Notes under the pieces: model-generated
What the model was told of the DNA's origin: nothing
Databases searched by the model: none
Seen by the model: the letters and a program-made list of their open reading frames with translations, nothing else
Part shown: one piece after another, positions 1 through 14,124 of the stretch
Position numbering within the stretch: position 1 is the first letter of the stretch
Layout: each line of letters begins with the position of its first letter
DNA from: the human T2T-CHM13v2.0 reference genome, Homo sapiens
Length of the DNA stretch: 64,000 nt
Direction: 5' to 3' (one strand)
Assembly (NCBI RefSeq): GCF_009914755.1
Contig: NC_060935.1
Position numbers and translations under genes: made by a program

Positions 1-983
1 AAGGTGGCTATTACTACATTTTAAAAAATCAAAATTCAAGACTTGTGGTTTAACTATACTAATAGAGACAACATAGCTGAATATATGAAATTGGGCTGTC
101 CTGAAAATCCAGAATGTTGGCATGGTTATTATATCTGTGGGGTAGAGTACACCTCATCTATGGGTGCTAGTTTATCCTATCCCTAAGCGTGAACTTCTAG
201 GGGATAATTCAGGCCAGGTGGGGCTGAGACCTCATTCCTATAATACTTCATTGCATGGAGTGCCCTGGAACTAAATTAGGTCATTTCTACGATTCTGCAT
301 CCTAAAGGCCAGGCAGGAACCACAAGTGGGACAAGATACAGGTCTATATTCTCTTTATCTACATGTTATATTCTCCTTCCCCAACTTAGGGGAAAGTACC
401 TTTGAAATAGGAAGTATTTTAAAAGAAAACCCCAAGTATTTCCAACCTAAAGTGAAGACCAAGCTTGATTGGTCAGCATGGTAGGCACCTGCTGGAGACT
501 CACCTTTGCCACTGAGCTGAGTTTGCCCTCTATTCCGTGTGTCCTCCCTGTCCCTGTTCTTGTAAGAAACTCACTCCAGGGCTTCGAGTCAACTCTCTTT
601 GTCTTGGGCCTCTTCATGGGGATGGCTACCCATAATTTCATCTGGGAAATGAGCTAACCATGGCTGGGCTGGGAGGGACTCCATTCAGGGCCCTTCGCCC
701 TTCCTTAGCTCCTGGAGCTCTTGATTGCCATCCTCCCTTCCCATGACTGCCCCTGACCTCTCAAGCTCTTGCAAACTTCTCATTGCTAGCTATCTTGGCT
801 CTTTGGGATTTCCTCTACCTCCTTCCCAACATGTGTGCCCTCTTGGTTTCTTGGGCTACTCACTGGGGCCCCAGATTCACTGCTGCCCTGGACTGGCATT
901 TCCAGGGATTTTGTGCATTTAAATTAGATGAATTGTAACCCCCATTTCAGCAACGGCAAGGACTCCAAACACAGGCTTCCCAC

Positions 984-1118
984 CTGCTTCTTGGGCCCTT
1001 TTCCTCTTCCTCAGTTTCTTCTACCTCTTCAGGTTCCTCAGGACTCTCACTCTTCTGTTCTTCCTCCTCCTCCTTCAGGTCTTGAAGTTCTTTGGTCTTC
1101 TTTAGACCTTCTTGGAAT
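984..1118 (-). CDS. IRAG1: IRAG1 exon ~20, acidic region ([21 protein letters not shown]...KGPRS)
   Basis: ccccag|A...AG|gtggga; 135 bp, phase 2-2. Confidence 0.95.
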
Positions 1119-2395
1119 CTGGGGGGCAAAAAGGAACAGTTGAGTCTGGAAAGGGCAGATGCAGTGCATCCTTTCCTGAGTTCCTAGGGGAGGGGACTTG
1201 AGCAGCACCTCCAATAATTATGTGCTTCCTATGGTTCCACAAAACAGGAAAAAGCTGGGAAGCTCCACTGAATCCTAAGGCAGCTCACGCCAGTACCATT
1301 TCCCCTCACTCCTCAGTCATCCTTCCTGTTTATGTGAAAGTGTGACAAAACTGACAGGGAAAAAATGTGGTGCAGGGTCTCCTGACTGGGTTCTTAACCC
1401 ACAAAACATTCCGTAGGGCTAAGATTGTATTTGTTCTCCATGTGACCGTGGAGCTTCAGCCTCTCATCTGTAAAAGAGAGAGGGTGACACTCATTTCACA
1501 GGGCGTTGGAATGATTTTTGCAAGTGCCAGGCACATGGCTTGATCTAGAGAGGTACTCAGTAAATGTTTACGAAACCAATGAAGGAGTTCATGCCCATAA
1601 ATTCCAAGGATAGAGCACAGTGGTGGGTGAGAAAGGCACGCTTTCAAAGAGAAACCCTTGTGGTTTTTCTCCCCCAGGGTCAATATTACCCCAAACATAC
1701 TCTGTTCACTTGTCCTATGCTGAGTGTCTAACACTAGCAGTTTGGCTGGGCAAACCCACCACTGAAGCCCATGGGTTCTGTGCCAGTGGGAAGCTATGTC
1801 TTCCTCATGAGCTATGGAGACAGGAGACGCATAGGGCACCATACATGGTTGGAGGTGATTCTCTACCTTGAGGCTTGGTACCTGCTCAGGACTTGGTCTC
1901 TCCAGTGCTGACAACTGGCCATGGGTGCTATTGAAGCTCAAATGGAGGAGGAGGCAGTTCGAAGTTGAAGAGACTCCATTTATAGGAGGAAGGAGTGACC
2001 AAAGCAGTTCTAGGGAGCAGAGCTGCAGCTGCTCCTGGGCACTGCTGGCAGCAACATGACTGCTTTGAGCACGTGTCAGGAAGCCTCAGGCACCACCAAG
2101 AGGAACCCATCCAGGACCCCTGATTTCCAGACTATTCTGAGCGGTGGCATTCTGGTGGCTCTCTGCCTAAAAAGAGGGCAGTCTTGTTATTGTCTAACCA
2201 CACCCTCTGACCCTGCTTCCTCCTGTCCTTCCTGTGGAACAGTCTTGCTCTTTCCTATGTAGTTCCTTCCTGTGGCAAGGAGGTCCTGCGGCCACTGGTT
2301 ACTTCCCTAAAGCCTCTAAGAAACAAGAAAGACCCATGGGAAGGCATCTTCTGAGAACTGCCAGGTGCCCTTGGGGTGGCTGAGGTCTGACTCAC

Positions 2396-2515
2396 CCCTT
2401 GCTGTAGGCTTCTTCCTCCATCCTGGCCTTGGTCTCCTGACTAAGCTCCTCCAGGCAGCTCAGGGTCAGCGCAGGAGCAGAGGCTTCACAATCTGGGTCC
2501 CCATTTGTCTTTCCA
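2396..2515 (-). CDS. IRAG1: IRAG1 exon ~19 ([13 protein letters not shown]...EEAYSK-G)
   Basis: tcactag|T...GG|gtgagt; 120 bp, phase 2-2. Confidence 0.95.
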
Positions 2516-3042
2516 CTAGTGAGAAGAGGGAAGTACAGGGCATCATTTCAGAAAAAGGTGGAGGCCTAAAAACAAAACCATGTTTTTGGCCCGATTCCTG
2601 ATTAGGAGTGAGGAAACTCAGGCTTTTTCGGTAACTTTCAGATTTTTTCCCAATCCTTCTACCCTGAGACAAGATTTTATAAAGGTCCTAGTCCATGAAT
2701 TTTCCCCAGCCCATTAAATACCTCACCAGCTCCCCTTCTCCTCATGCTCCCAAACTGGCGTTTATTCTTATTCCAGGAGATGCTGTAATGGGTGATCTAC
2801 AGCGCTGAGATGAGGAAAATGGGGGCAGACCAGCACGTTTAAGGTCATTCCATTCCTGTTGTCTATCTTTCACCTGAAGACCCCCACTCATCTTTTCAAA
2901 TATCCACTCAGCATGACTAAGCCACAGGCACATTGTAATGTGCTGGGGGCACATTAGAAAATAAAGAAATGGTTTTTACCAACATGGAACTTAGCAGAAG
3001 GAAAAGCCCCAAAAAAGGAAAGAAAAAATATGTGATTAATTA

Positions 3043-3485
<443 letters not shown>

Positions 3486-3519
3486 AGCAGAGGAGAGATC
3501 ATTCCAGGAAGAGAATGCG

Positions 3520-4620
3520 GGTTATGTAAAGACTCTGAGACACAAAAGGTGCTGAGTTGTTTGAGAACTTAAAAAGAGGCAGTGTGGCAGGAGTTAACTT
3601 TTGGACAAGAGACATTTGCAATGCCTGTGAGGTATCCAAAGGGAGATGTCAAGTAGACAGTTGAATTCACCAAAGTGAGTCAGGGAAGTTTTAGCTGGAG
3701 ATATTCATTTGGTGTCATCAGAACATAAATGTTATTTAAAGCCACGGGGATAGACAAGATTGCTTAGGGAGATAATATGAAGAAAGACAAGAGGAGGACC
3801 CAGGACCAAGTCATGAGGAACTCCACACTTGTCTCAGGTGGAAAAGAAGGCATCTTCAGAGAAGGCTGAGAAGTAGCAGCCAGAGAGGTAAGAGGAAACC
3901 TAGGAGCAGGTGGAGTCTTGGGAGCCAGGAGACAAGAGCTCATCAAGGCGGAAGAGTAAACAGTGCCACACACTTCTGAGTTTGAAGCGTGCAGACAAGG
4001 TGACTATTAGATTTGATAATACAGAGGTCAACAGGAGCCTCTGTGTAATGTTGGGAGCCAAGCACAGGTTTAAAGTAAAGAAGGGGAGGTTGGAAAGGGG
4101 AAGCCACAGACACAGCAATTCGAGTAGGAAGGAGAGTAGAGGGGTGTGTTGGAGGGAGTGTGCAGCTGAAGTAGGTCAAGGGAGGATGCACATTTGAATG
4201 TAGGTAGAAATGATCCAGTAGAGGATGAGAGAAAGGGATGCCCGAAGGAACTCAGTCTTTGCAAAAGGAAATAGGGACAGACCTTGGAAAACTAGAGAAT
4301 CTCTCCTTGTTTGTAACAAAGGTAAGATGATGATGAAGTTGTTGGGCTGGAGATCTGGTGAAGGAAAGTGAGAGGGCTCCTATGGGAATGTAGCTTAGGT
4401 ATTCTCTATAAAGTGGAAGGCAAGGTCATCTGCTGAGAGTGAGAGGTAGAGGGGTCTAGGAAGGTCTGTGGAGAGAGGAGGGGTGTAAAAGAGTTATATG
4501 AGAAAGAAGGAAAACAGACATACTAGAACATCTTGGTAAGATGGCTGGGAGGTGCTGGGAGATCATTGCAGGTATGGGATCACAAGTTTAAAGGAAGTAT
4601 CCAGATGGCTATGCTTTCCC
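3520..4620 (-). mobile_element. L2 fragment
   Basis: Diverged L2-like motifs such as ggagatgtcaagtagacagttg; edges approximate. Confidence 0.6.
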
Positions 4621-5075
4621 TAGAAATCCTGCAGCCCACCTTCATGTCCTGATTCCCAATGGGAGCAATGTCGTCATGGAGGAGTCCTCCAACAAGGCAA
4701 CACTGTGAGCAGAGCTTTCCAGCCAGGACTCTGAAAGATCACAGCTGCCACCCTCCCTGAACTCTCAGACAGGGTTTATGAGTGAGCCTTGTATCTTCTC
4801 CTCATTCTTGGCATCAGTTTCCCATCTCTTAGTTTTCCTCAGACCTTTTAAAATTTACATTTAGTCAGGCTGGAAACCACAACCCATTGTGAACAAGAAA
4901 GATAACGCTCTAAAAATACCAGCTGTTCATAACATTTCTCCTTTTGCAAATTACATTATCCACTCCCTTCCATGTGACCTTGGCCTAATGTGCAGTTTCC
5001 TATTTATCCAAACGACTGGAGCAAGAGGAGAAAAACATAGCTACAGCCAAGGGCAGGGAAAGTAATTCTTTCATG

Positions 5076-5077
<2 letters not shown>

Positions 5078-5111
<34 letters not shown>
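5078..5111. repeat. (TA)n microsatellite
   Basis: About 17 perfect TA units. Confidence 0.95.
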
Positions 5112-5116
<5 letters not shown>

Positions 5117-5833
5117 GAGATATTGGTATCAGACTTTTGATTTATATACAACTGTCAGCCTTAGAGGTTCCTTAATGTTAAGCATGCGTGAAGGAGGACA
5201 GTGTAGTATAAAGGAAAAGAACTCGCCTGAGGCAAACTTGGATTCAAATACCAGCTCCAAAACATGCAAATTATTTAATCTTCCTGAACTTCAGATTCCT
5301 CAACTGTACAATGGGGATAGTAATACATACCTGATGGTGGAGGTGTAAGAATTAATGAAGAAATGTCAATAAACTTTCTGGAATATGGCACTCAACAAAT
5401 TATATCTGCTATTATTATTGTTATATAGTAAATGTATTGGTACATTTTGGGAGCAATCTGAGCTACCTCCAAATATGACTCATAAAAAATCCAGGCAATT
5501 ATTTATATCATCAAGGGAGAGCTTGTTATATATTACTGAGACACTTCAGAGTCAGAGGAACCCTAAATGTGAACTAATTTAAGGTATGGTAAATTAACAT
5601 TACATTTTCATAAAATGGCTTTAGGAACTTTCTCAGGTGCATGTCTATTGTGTGTCATCACACATTATGCACCTTAGAATTTTGCAGATAAGTGACTGTA
5701 AACAAAGCTCTCATTGTCCTTGGGTCACTGATCTCTAGAGAGGAAAACTTTTCCCTAGCAGGGCCAGGAAGCCCATTTCATCGACTCTTTTACATGCAGA
5801 TCTTCTGTTCATTTCAGCTCCCCTATAGGGCTC

Positions 5834-6172
5834 TCATATACATTCTCTCACTTGATCTTTCCAATGATAAGAAGAGCTAAACATTAACTTATATGTATCA
5901 GGCTGTGGTCTAACATCTCATTTAAGGCTCACAAATGACCCAAGAAGGTATTAGTGTTCTCTGTTTGACAGATGAGGAAACCAAGGCTCAAAAAGTAGGC
6001 TGAGGCATGAGAATCGCATTTCAAGTGATTTCATATCTGTCAAACAGAGAACAGTAATACCTTCTTGGGTCATTTGTGAGCCTTAAATGAGATGTTAGAA
6101 CAGAGCCTGATAAGTAAGTTAACTTTTAGCTCTTCTTATCATTGGAAAGATCAAGTGAGAGAATGTGTATGA
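5834..6172. repeat. Long inverted repeat, arms 5834-5973 and 6035-6172
   Basis: Manual reverse-complement alignment, about 7 substitutions plus a 2-bp indel. Confidence 0.95.
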
Positions 6173-6410
6173 TCTCGGGACCAGCCCAAGATCATACAAC
6201 CAGTGTGTGGTAGAGCTCAAATTTTACCCTGTGCAGTCTGATATGTGCCCATTCTTCTGACTGCACTATCTGCCACCTAGGTGGGGTATTATCCCATTTC
6301 ACAGATAAGAAACCCAAGCTCAGGTTGATTAAGTGACTTGCCTAAATTCACGTTATTGGTGCTGGGACTCTCACCTTGGTCTTCTACCTGTGTGTCAAGA
6401 TGGACTTTCC

Positions 6411-6552
6411 AGCCCTCCATGAACCCCCGCTTTTCTTTCAATAGAAGCCTTCCATGAACCCCCACCTTTCTTTCAATAGAAGCCCTCCATGAACCCCCAC
6501 CTTTCTTTCAATAGAAGCCCTCCATGAATCCCCCTGCCTTTCTTTCAACAGA
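6411..6552. repeat. 35-bp minisatellite x4
   Basis: Unit agccctccatgaacccccacctttctttcaataga. Confidence 0.95.
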
Positions 6553-6885
6553 AGTCTCTTCCTTTCACTCTGCTGAGTGAAGCCCTTCCTGCCCTCAGGC
6601 TGGACCATGGCTTCCATGCTGCCCCTCTTTTCAAGGCTGCTTGTCTACAGTGTAAGTGGCTGGGAGGGCCTTTGTTTACTGTGTGTGTGTGTGGAGGGTG
6701 GGTAGGGGGGAGTGGAGGGGTTGTGGGTAGGGTGGCAAGTGGGGGAAACACAACATGTAAAATGTTTGCTGTTCTCTCCTGACCTCTAAACTGAGCTTGT
6801 AGTTTCCTAAATATCTTCTCTAACTATCTGGAAGTTTCTCTCTAAGCATCTTTAAGACTAAGCTCAAATGCCTTCTCCTCTGTGA

Positions 6886-7276
<391 letters not shown>

Positions 7277-8580
7277 TGACAGCATGACTCACAGGGAGGC
7301 ATTGATGTATGTTTTAGATACCTGCATATGACTGTCATCACAGGAAGAAGGACTGTGTTTGGGTCAGAATAGTGCCTGGCATACAGTAGGTGCCTTTAAG
7401 TGCCTGTCAAGTTGCATCGGTTTCACTATGACTTATCCAGTCCCTACTAGGAATGTTGTAAAAGGCACAAGTCCTCTCTGTAAATGGTTATTTCCTGAGA
7501 ACCCAGTGTTTGGGTTGGACTAAACGAATCTGTAATCATGGCTATAAACTGGAGCTGAGCACAGCCTGTGCCCACCCTAGGGATTTCTGGCCCGAAGGCT
7601 CATGGATCTTGGCATCTGTCCCCTGCCTGAAATCCTATGTGCTTTCTTTCTGGGATGATTCATGAAAATGAGGCTCATTATTCTCACACGTGCACCAGGT
7701 CAAAAATGTTTGTCATTGTGCTCAGCTCTCAGTAATGTGAAGAACTATTTAGTCAAAATATATTTTTGGACAGGCAGGTATATTAGATTCAACTTTTCCC
7801 ACATGGTAAACAATATTTGAAAGTGGCTACTATCCTTTGTGATCGGCATATCTTCTTGGGCTCAGCAATATTTCCAAGTCACCCCCACTGCCATGGTTCC
7901 CTCTGACAAGCCCAGCCCAGGGAACCCAAGCTTCCTTACTCCGTGTTACTCAGTTCTAGATACCTGGGGTCCGCCACAAGTTTATTGGGGTGGGTGGCGG
8001 GAGGGAGGAATTCACTCCAAGATACCATCAGCAAAGGGGAGTTGCTTACTGTACAAATTTAGTGTCCTGTGAAATCTTTAAGGAATTTACCCTGGGTGCT
8101 TCAAGAGTATAGAAACATGGTTATTTTTAGAGATTCAGAGTTAAAATTGCTCTGTGATACATTAACATAATAACCCCTTTTTGACACTAACCCTGTGCAT
8201 CATCTACATCCTGGTTTTGCTGATCGCTCTGTGAACGGTTCCACACACACCCTGTCTCTCACCCCGACTCTGTTCTCCACTCCATGCCCAACCGGTCACC
8301 ATGCTCTTTCAAAAATAGCTCTTAAATTCATCCTCTTCTCTATGGTCACACTGAACTTCGTTTTGTTCTTCCAGTTGGGCGGTCTATTAAAAGGGTAAGG
8401 GCATGTGCTCTGCTATCTACCAGCTGTGTAACCTCAGGCAAGTGACGATTTCTCTGAGCTTCAGTTTCCTCATCTATAAAACAGAGATATTAATAGTACA
8501 CCTACCTCATGGAATTACTGTGAGGATTAACTGAGATTATTAATACAAAGCAATTAGCAAAGCACTTGGCATACAGCGAG

Positions 8581-8727
8581 GTGCAGCAAATAGTTAACAG
8601 TAATTACCATTGTCATCAGTGCAGTAGTTAACAGTAATTACCATTGTCATCAGTGCAGTAAATAGTTAACAGTAATTACCATTGTCATCAGTGCTGTAAA
8701 TAGTCAACAGTAATTACCATTGTCATC
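8581..8727. repeat. 38-bp minisatellite x4 at the end of a MIR
   Basis: Unit gtgcagtaaatagttaacagtaattaccattgtcatca; copy 2 lacks 4 bp. Confidence 0.93.
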
Positions 8728-8866
8728 GTTATCATTATCATCATTCCTTGAATACTCCATACTTTGTCACATGGACAAAGCCTGGAATGTTGTTAACCTC
8801 CTGTTCACCTAGTTGATTATGTACCCTTTAGATTTTTACTTTAAAAGTAAGTTCCTAGAGGGAAAC

Positions 8867-9174
8867 TTTTTTTTTTTTGTTTTTTGAGACAGGGTCTGGT
8901 TCTGTCGCTCAGGCTCCAGGCTGCAGTGCAGTGGTGCAATCTCAGCTCACTGAAACTTCTCCCGGCTGGGGTCAAGCCATCCTCCCACCTCAGCCTCCTG
9001 AGTAGCTGGGACTACAGGTGGACGCCACCACGCCTGGCTAATTTTTATATTTTTTGTAGAGATGGGGCTTTCGTTATATTGCCCAGGCTGGTCTTCAACT
9101 CTTGAGCTCAAGTCATCCACTTGCCTTGGCCTCCCAAAGTGCTGGGGTTACAGGCGTGAGCCACTGCCCAGCCA
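8867..9174 (-). mobile_element. AluJ
   Basis: Diverged reverse Alu dimer. Confidence 0.88.
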
Positions 9175-9943
9175 AGGGGAATCATTTTCTAAGCTCTCTC
9201 TTCCCCCCACTTCCCCAGTTCCCCCAACCTTACACCAAAATCAGGTTAGGTGCTCATTTTCTGTGCATCATTCCCTTAGCAACCTACACTTCCTTACGAT
9301 CCCACCCATCATGTTGTATTATAATAGGCTGCTTCCCATCTGTCTTTCCCGCTAGACTGCAAGCTCCTTGAGTACATTCTATGTGCCTGGCCCTTGGTGA
9401 TTAATTGCTGAAGGAATGAAAGAACAAAAGACTACAATTACATAGCCATTTCTACTTGTGGAACTGCTCTTGAGCTTTGTTTTCTCTTCATCTTCAGGAC
9501 TAACTTTAAATATCACTCTCCACCCATATGTTTAAGTCTACAGGTTTCTAGGCCCTTGGTGAGTGAAGAGCAGTTCATTACGAAATGACCTCCAAGAACA
9601 AGGCTCAGCATTCTCTGAAATCTCATGAAGCAGTGTAACCAGCTCTCAAGTATCTTCCTGTGAACTAGCCACAGGGTATTTGATCTTATCCTTTGCTTAG
9701 CCAGTGCCCTTCCTGCTTTGTCACTGTATGCTTAGGAAAGGTGAAATCATTTTAACACAAAGCTGAATACAACAGTCTCCAAAGCAATGTATATTAAACT
9801 ATAACACATTATTTCTCTTTCACGATATGGATAGGGCAGTTAGAATTGACTGTATTTGTGTATAGGACAGAAGATACGAATTCACTTTTACTCATATATT
9901 GTCTCATTGTTAGTCTGTTGGGAATCAAGTAAATTTTCCACTT

Positions 9944-10091
9944 TATATTTATTTATTTATTTATTTGTATTTTTAGTAGAGACAGGGTTTCACCATCTTG
10001 GCCAGGCGGTCTTGAACTCCTGACCTCATGAACCACCCGCCTCAGCCTCCCAAACTGCTGGGATCACAGGTGTGAGCCACCGTGCCTGGCC
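9944..10091 (-). mobile_element. Alu left monomer with (TTTA)n tail
   Basis: Only the left arm is present. Confidence 0.8.
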
Positions 10092-12072
10092 ATGTTTCCA
10101 GTTTTAAATGGAAATCACTTAACATCTTTGAGAAATCCAGAAGGGGAAGCTGTTGTTCATCCTGAACCCCTCTTCCTCTAAAGATGCCCTCACCTCTTTG
10201 CAACCATTCTTACATGGGTATATTCCCAACTGGCGAGTCAGCCCCAGTGTGCTTGACTTGCCTTAATCCCCACTCTGTCCATATCTCTCCAGGTTCTATA
10301 AAGCACTGGAAAGGTGATGCCACTATTGATCGTCACCCATTGACACTCCTAATTTGGGGCTGCTGCTTATTGTCTCCAATTTTGTACCTCAGTTTCCCTT
10401 ACCAAGGATAATTCATGTTTTCATGATCCCCACTGCCTTGGACAGAAGTGCTCAACTGGCCTGGCATAAGTTCTACAGAGTTCAGGCCCTCTCTGTCATG
10501 ATTAAGAGTCTGTTGAAGAGATCTTCTGCCTTGAGTGGCTCTGCAGGCCTAGAGTTGGGAAAGGGGCTAGAGTTGAGGGTTCTCTGAAGTAGGGATCTGT
10601 GCACCCAAAGGGAAGGTTGGCAGGGAGAATTTTAGTGGGTTTCTCAGTCAGAGCATGAGGTGACCATTTCTGGAGAGATTCAGAGACCCTGGATGAGGTA
10701 CTATGACTCTAGGGACTTGGTAAGTTTCTGTAAACTCGGTTACTTCCATGTGGTGGTGGTTGTGTTGCCTCTTGACAATTTCCCTGTAGTGATCAAGAAA
10801 AGACAGAGAGAGAGACCCCAAGAGACCCTCTATAACACGAAGGACCTGTGAGCTTATGGGGGTGAGGTGGCAAAGAGACGAAATGCTGGGCAAACTTCAA
10901 GACTAACAAATCACTGGGTGATAAGCTGGTGGCTATACAGAATGACAGATGTAGGAGGCAGGCTGAGTCTGGAGATGGGAGCTTGTCTGTACTGAAAAGG
11001 GTCCCAACATACAGGTTCCCTGCCAGATAGCAAAACTTTTCTAACAGCAAAGAAAAACAAAGGACTAAAGCTGTCTTGAGGCAAGGAAGAAGGAAGAATA
11101 AGGTATATGTTTTACCAAGTGAGAAAAGACACAAGGGGAAAATTCTGAGAGGCAGCAGGTGTGATCCAGATGTTTTTCAGCAAGCAAATGAAAGAATTTG
11201 AAAAGTAAGCTATAAAATCCTCTGAGTGCATAGAAACAGCCTGCCTTACTCTGGCTGAGGATGAAAAGATCTGCAAATTGCATAGATGCCTAGAAAATCA
11301 CAGAAACTGCTGGCTGCTAATCCAATATGCATTTTCCTTCCTACTTCCTAACAGCAACATGATTCTGTTCAGGAATTTACTCTTCTTCATGGAGTCATTT
11401 TGCTTTATGGGAAGCTGACCCTCTCACCAACCCCAGGGAATAGTTTAATCCCATAATGACAATCCCTTTCCCAAAGTGATTCTTTTAGAAAGGGACTTCC
11501 TTCCAGATTTGTCAATGAGATAATAGAGAAGACTGGTGAAAGGCTTCTGGGTTTATTCCTAAGAAAGGAACATGGCAAGAAACAGTCCCTTTCTTCCTCT
11601 AGGTATTGTCCTGTCTGGAGGGGATCCCAGGAACTACCAGCCATTTGCCACAATCCTGATGATGAAGTTAACATACAATGTGGCCAGAGGCAAGGAAGTT
11701 GTAGACTCGCTGAGCTAGAGCCCTGCTGTGCCATACCAGGAGCAGCTCTACCTCTGGACTTAATTAAGTCCCATTGAGTTGGGGCTTTATTTTGTCTGTA
11801 GCCCAAGGAATCCCAATTGGCAGAGAAGGCTCCAGCCTTCTCTGGGCTCTCTAAGATTGGGTACACTTGGCCTCACTCAGGGCATCTTCCTGGTTCAAGA
11901 ATTTTGCAAACAGGTTCTGAAATCTTTGTGGGTTTCAGACTCCCATTCATTTCCCTTAAAACTTAATTTGCTTTCCACTGCATTTTGGGGATAAAAATGG
12001 GAGGAAGGAAAGTAAAATGGGGAAAATTTCCTGAGAGATCCCTGAAGCCAAGAGGAAAATCGACAAACTTAC

Positions 12073-12137
12073 TTTTCCAAAAGTGCAGGCAGTGCTGAAG
12101 TGACAGGTAGGCTGCCTTTCCCATTGGGTGATTCCGA
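12073..12137 (-). CDS. IRAG1: IRAG1 exon ~18 (SESPNGKGSLPVTSALPALLE)
   Basis: cactcag|TCG...AA|gtaagt; 65 bp, phase 0-2. Confidence 0.95.
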
Positions 12138-14016
12138 CTGAGTGAAAAACAGAAGACAGAGAATTGAGGATGCGCTATGGAAGGAAGAAGCCAGAGCTGC
12201 TGGATTTCTGATGATGCTGGGAGCGGGGCTGCTGCTTCTCCTCTTTCCTCCATGCCCCCACTTTCCAATCTTCATCTGAGCCCAGGACTTGGCCCTTTCC
12301 CTCAGGCCTTCCCTGTCCTCCTTTCCTCTAGGGCACATGCAGCTTCCTCCTTTTCCTTCACCTCTGCTAAGTTTCCTTAAGTGAAGAGGAAAGTTTACAT
12401 CTTGAGGCTCCATTCTGGAGAGGAGCCATCAGTTTTTCTCTGTCCCGTTTAGCAACTGTGACTGAACACCAGTGGGCCTCCTACAAATGCAGGTCTCAGG
12501 CTCCTTACAATAGATTCACACAAGCCCATCACTGTCCCTAGAGACATAGCTCCAGGTACAATTCTCAGGAGATGCAAATCACTACTGAAAGCTCAAACCA
12601 TCAGAAATTTCTTTACAATACGTTCCCCAGGATTTCCAGGTTGTGTTGTTGCAATGGATTTGGTTTAAGTAATGGTTCTCAATGTTGGCTGCACATTAGA
12701 ATCACCTGGGGGAGGTTTTAAAAAAGTATCGATCCACTCCAGAATCTTGGTGTGGGGCCTGGGGGAATAATGGTTTAAAAGTACCCTGTGTGGTTTTTAA
12801 TCTATGGCCCTGATTGCCAACCCCTAGTCTAAAGGAATATATATTTGGAAAATAAATTTATGCTTGTAGGCAAAGTATGGGAAATAGATCTGTTAAAATA
12901 CACTAACCAGTCCTCTCCAACATTCTTAAACATTTTTTTCAGGTTGTTTTATTTTAGTGGGTAATTTGGGAATTTAGGTTGATTTCATAGACGACTGAAA
13001 TGCTTGAGGCAGGAAGCAGTGAATACCACTCATTGGTATTACATAGAGCTTGAATTTCCAGTTGCTTACACAATCAGATTGTTTCCTTATAGGGTAGTGC
13101 TAGTCATAGGCAGGGGATAGAGAAACCACTGAAGAAAGAATTAGAGAGAATTAGCCAGATGCACAAAGGCCTGGGATACAGAAAATATTTTGTTATATCC
13201 AAACGTCTTTGTCTAAAAGAAATGGAAATGTATTTTTCCTGATTATTACCAATACATTCTTATTATAGAAATATAAAAAGGCATCAGGAAGAAAATAAAA
13301 ATGAACTATTTTACCATTGCCTAGAGATAACCATTATTAGCTGTTTCACATATCTTCTACCAGAAATTTCTATGTCTACACACAGAAACACACTCTTTTA
13401 AAAAGTACAAAACAGAATTATACTGTTTATACACTAGGTTTTGTATATTCTATTTTACTTGCTTTTGATTCATAATAAATTATGGATAATTCTACAGAAA
13501 CCCCTTATAGGAATATCCATTTGCTTAACCAATCTCTTATTAGTGAACATGGAGTTGTTTCCCACTTTTCATTATTATGAACAATGCTACAATGAACTGA
13601 GGCAGGAGAACAATGGGTTGAAGAACTCAGGCTGTGGAATCAGAGAACCTAGGGTTCAAAGCTGTTCTACCACCTATCACACATTACAAACTTCAGCTAC
13701 TTAAGCCCACTGCAGAGTAGAAAAAAATTGTAACCACCTTGGCAGATTGTGGTGTAAGCACAAAAAGAGTTATCATTTGCAAAGAACGCTGAGCTGCCAA
13801 CACCATGCTGAGGGCAGTGGGACTTCCCAGAGTAGTAGAATACATGCAGCCTGGTGTATATTGAGTTTTTGAGCCTATCACTCAGATTGTATTCTGGAAA
13901 TTTCCTCTCCTTGTTGACCCTGCCCCCATTTGGTCACCCTCCCTGCCCTAGGACTGAGTACGAAGGAAAGGTTATTCTACTATTCTGTGCTGGGAGGCAG
14001 ACATCGTCATACTTAC

Positions 14017-14124
14017 CAAGGCTGGTAAGGAGGGAATGGATGATGAGCTGGGAGTTTGGCCAGGCAGATTCAGGGCATTAAACTTAGGAACCACAGCAAC
14101 GCTGACCCTCCGGCGAGGCATATT
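14017..14124 (-). CDS. IRAG1: IRAG1 exon ~17 ([15 protein letters not shown]...LPAL), RRRVS PKG site
   Basis: cctgcag|AAT...TTG|gtaagt; 108 bp, phase 0-0. Confidence 0.95.
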
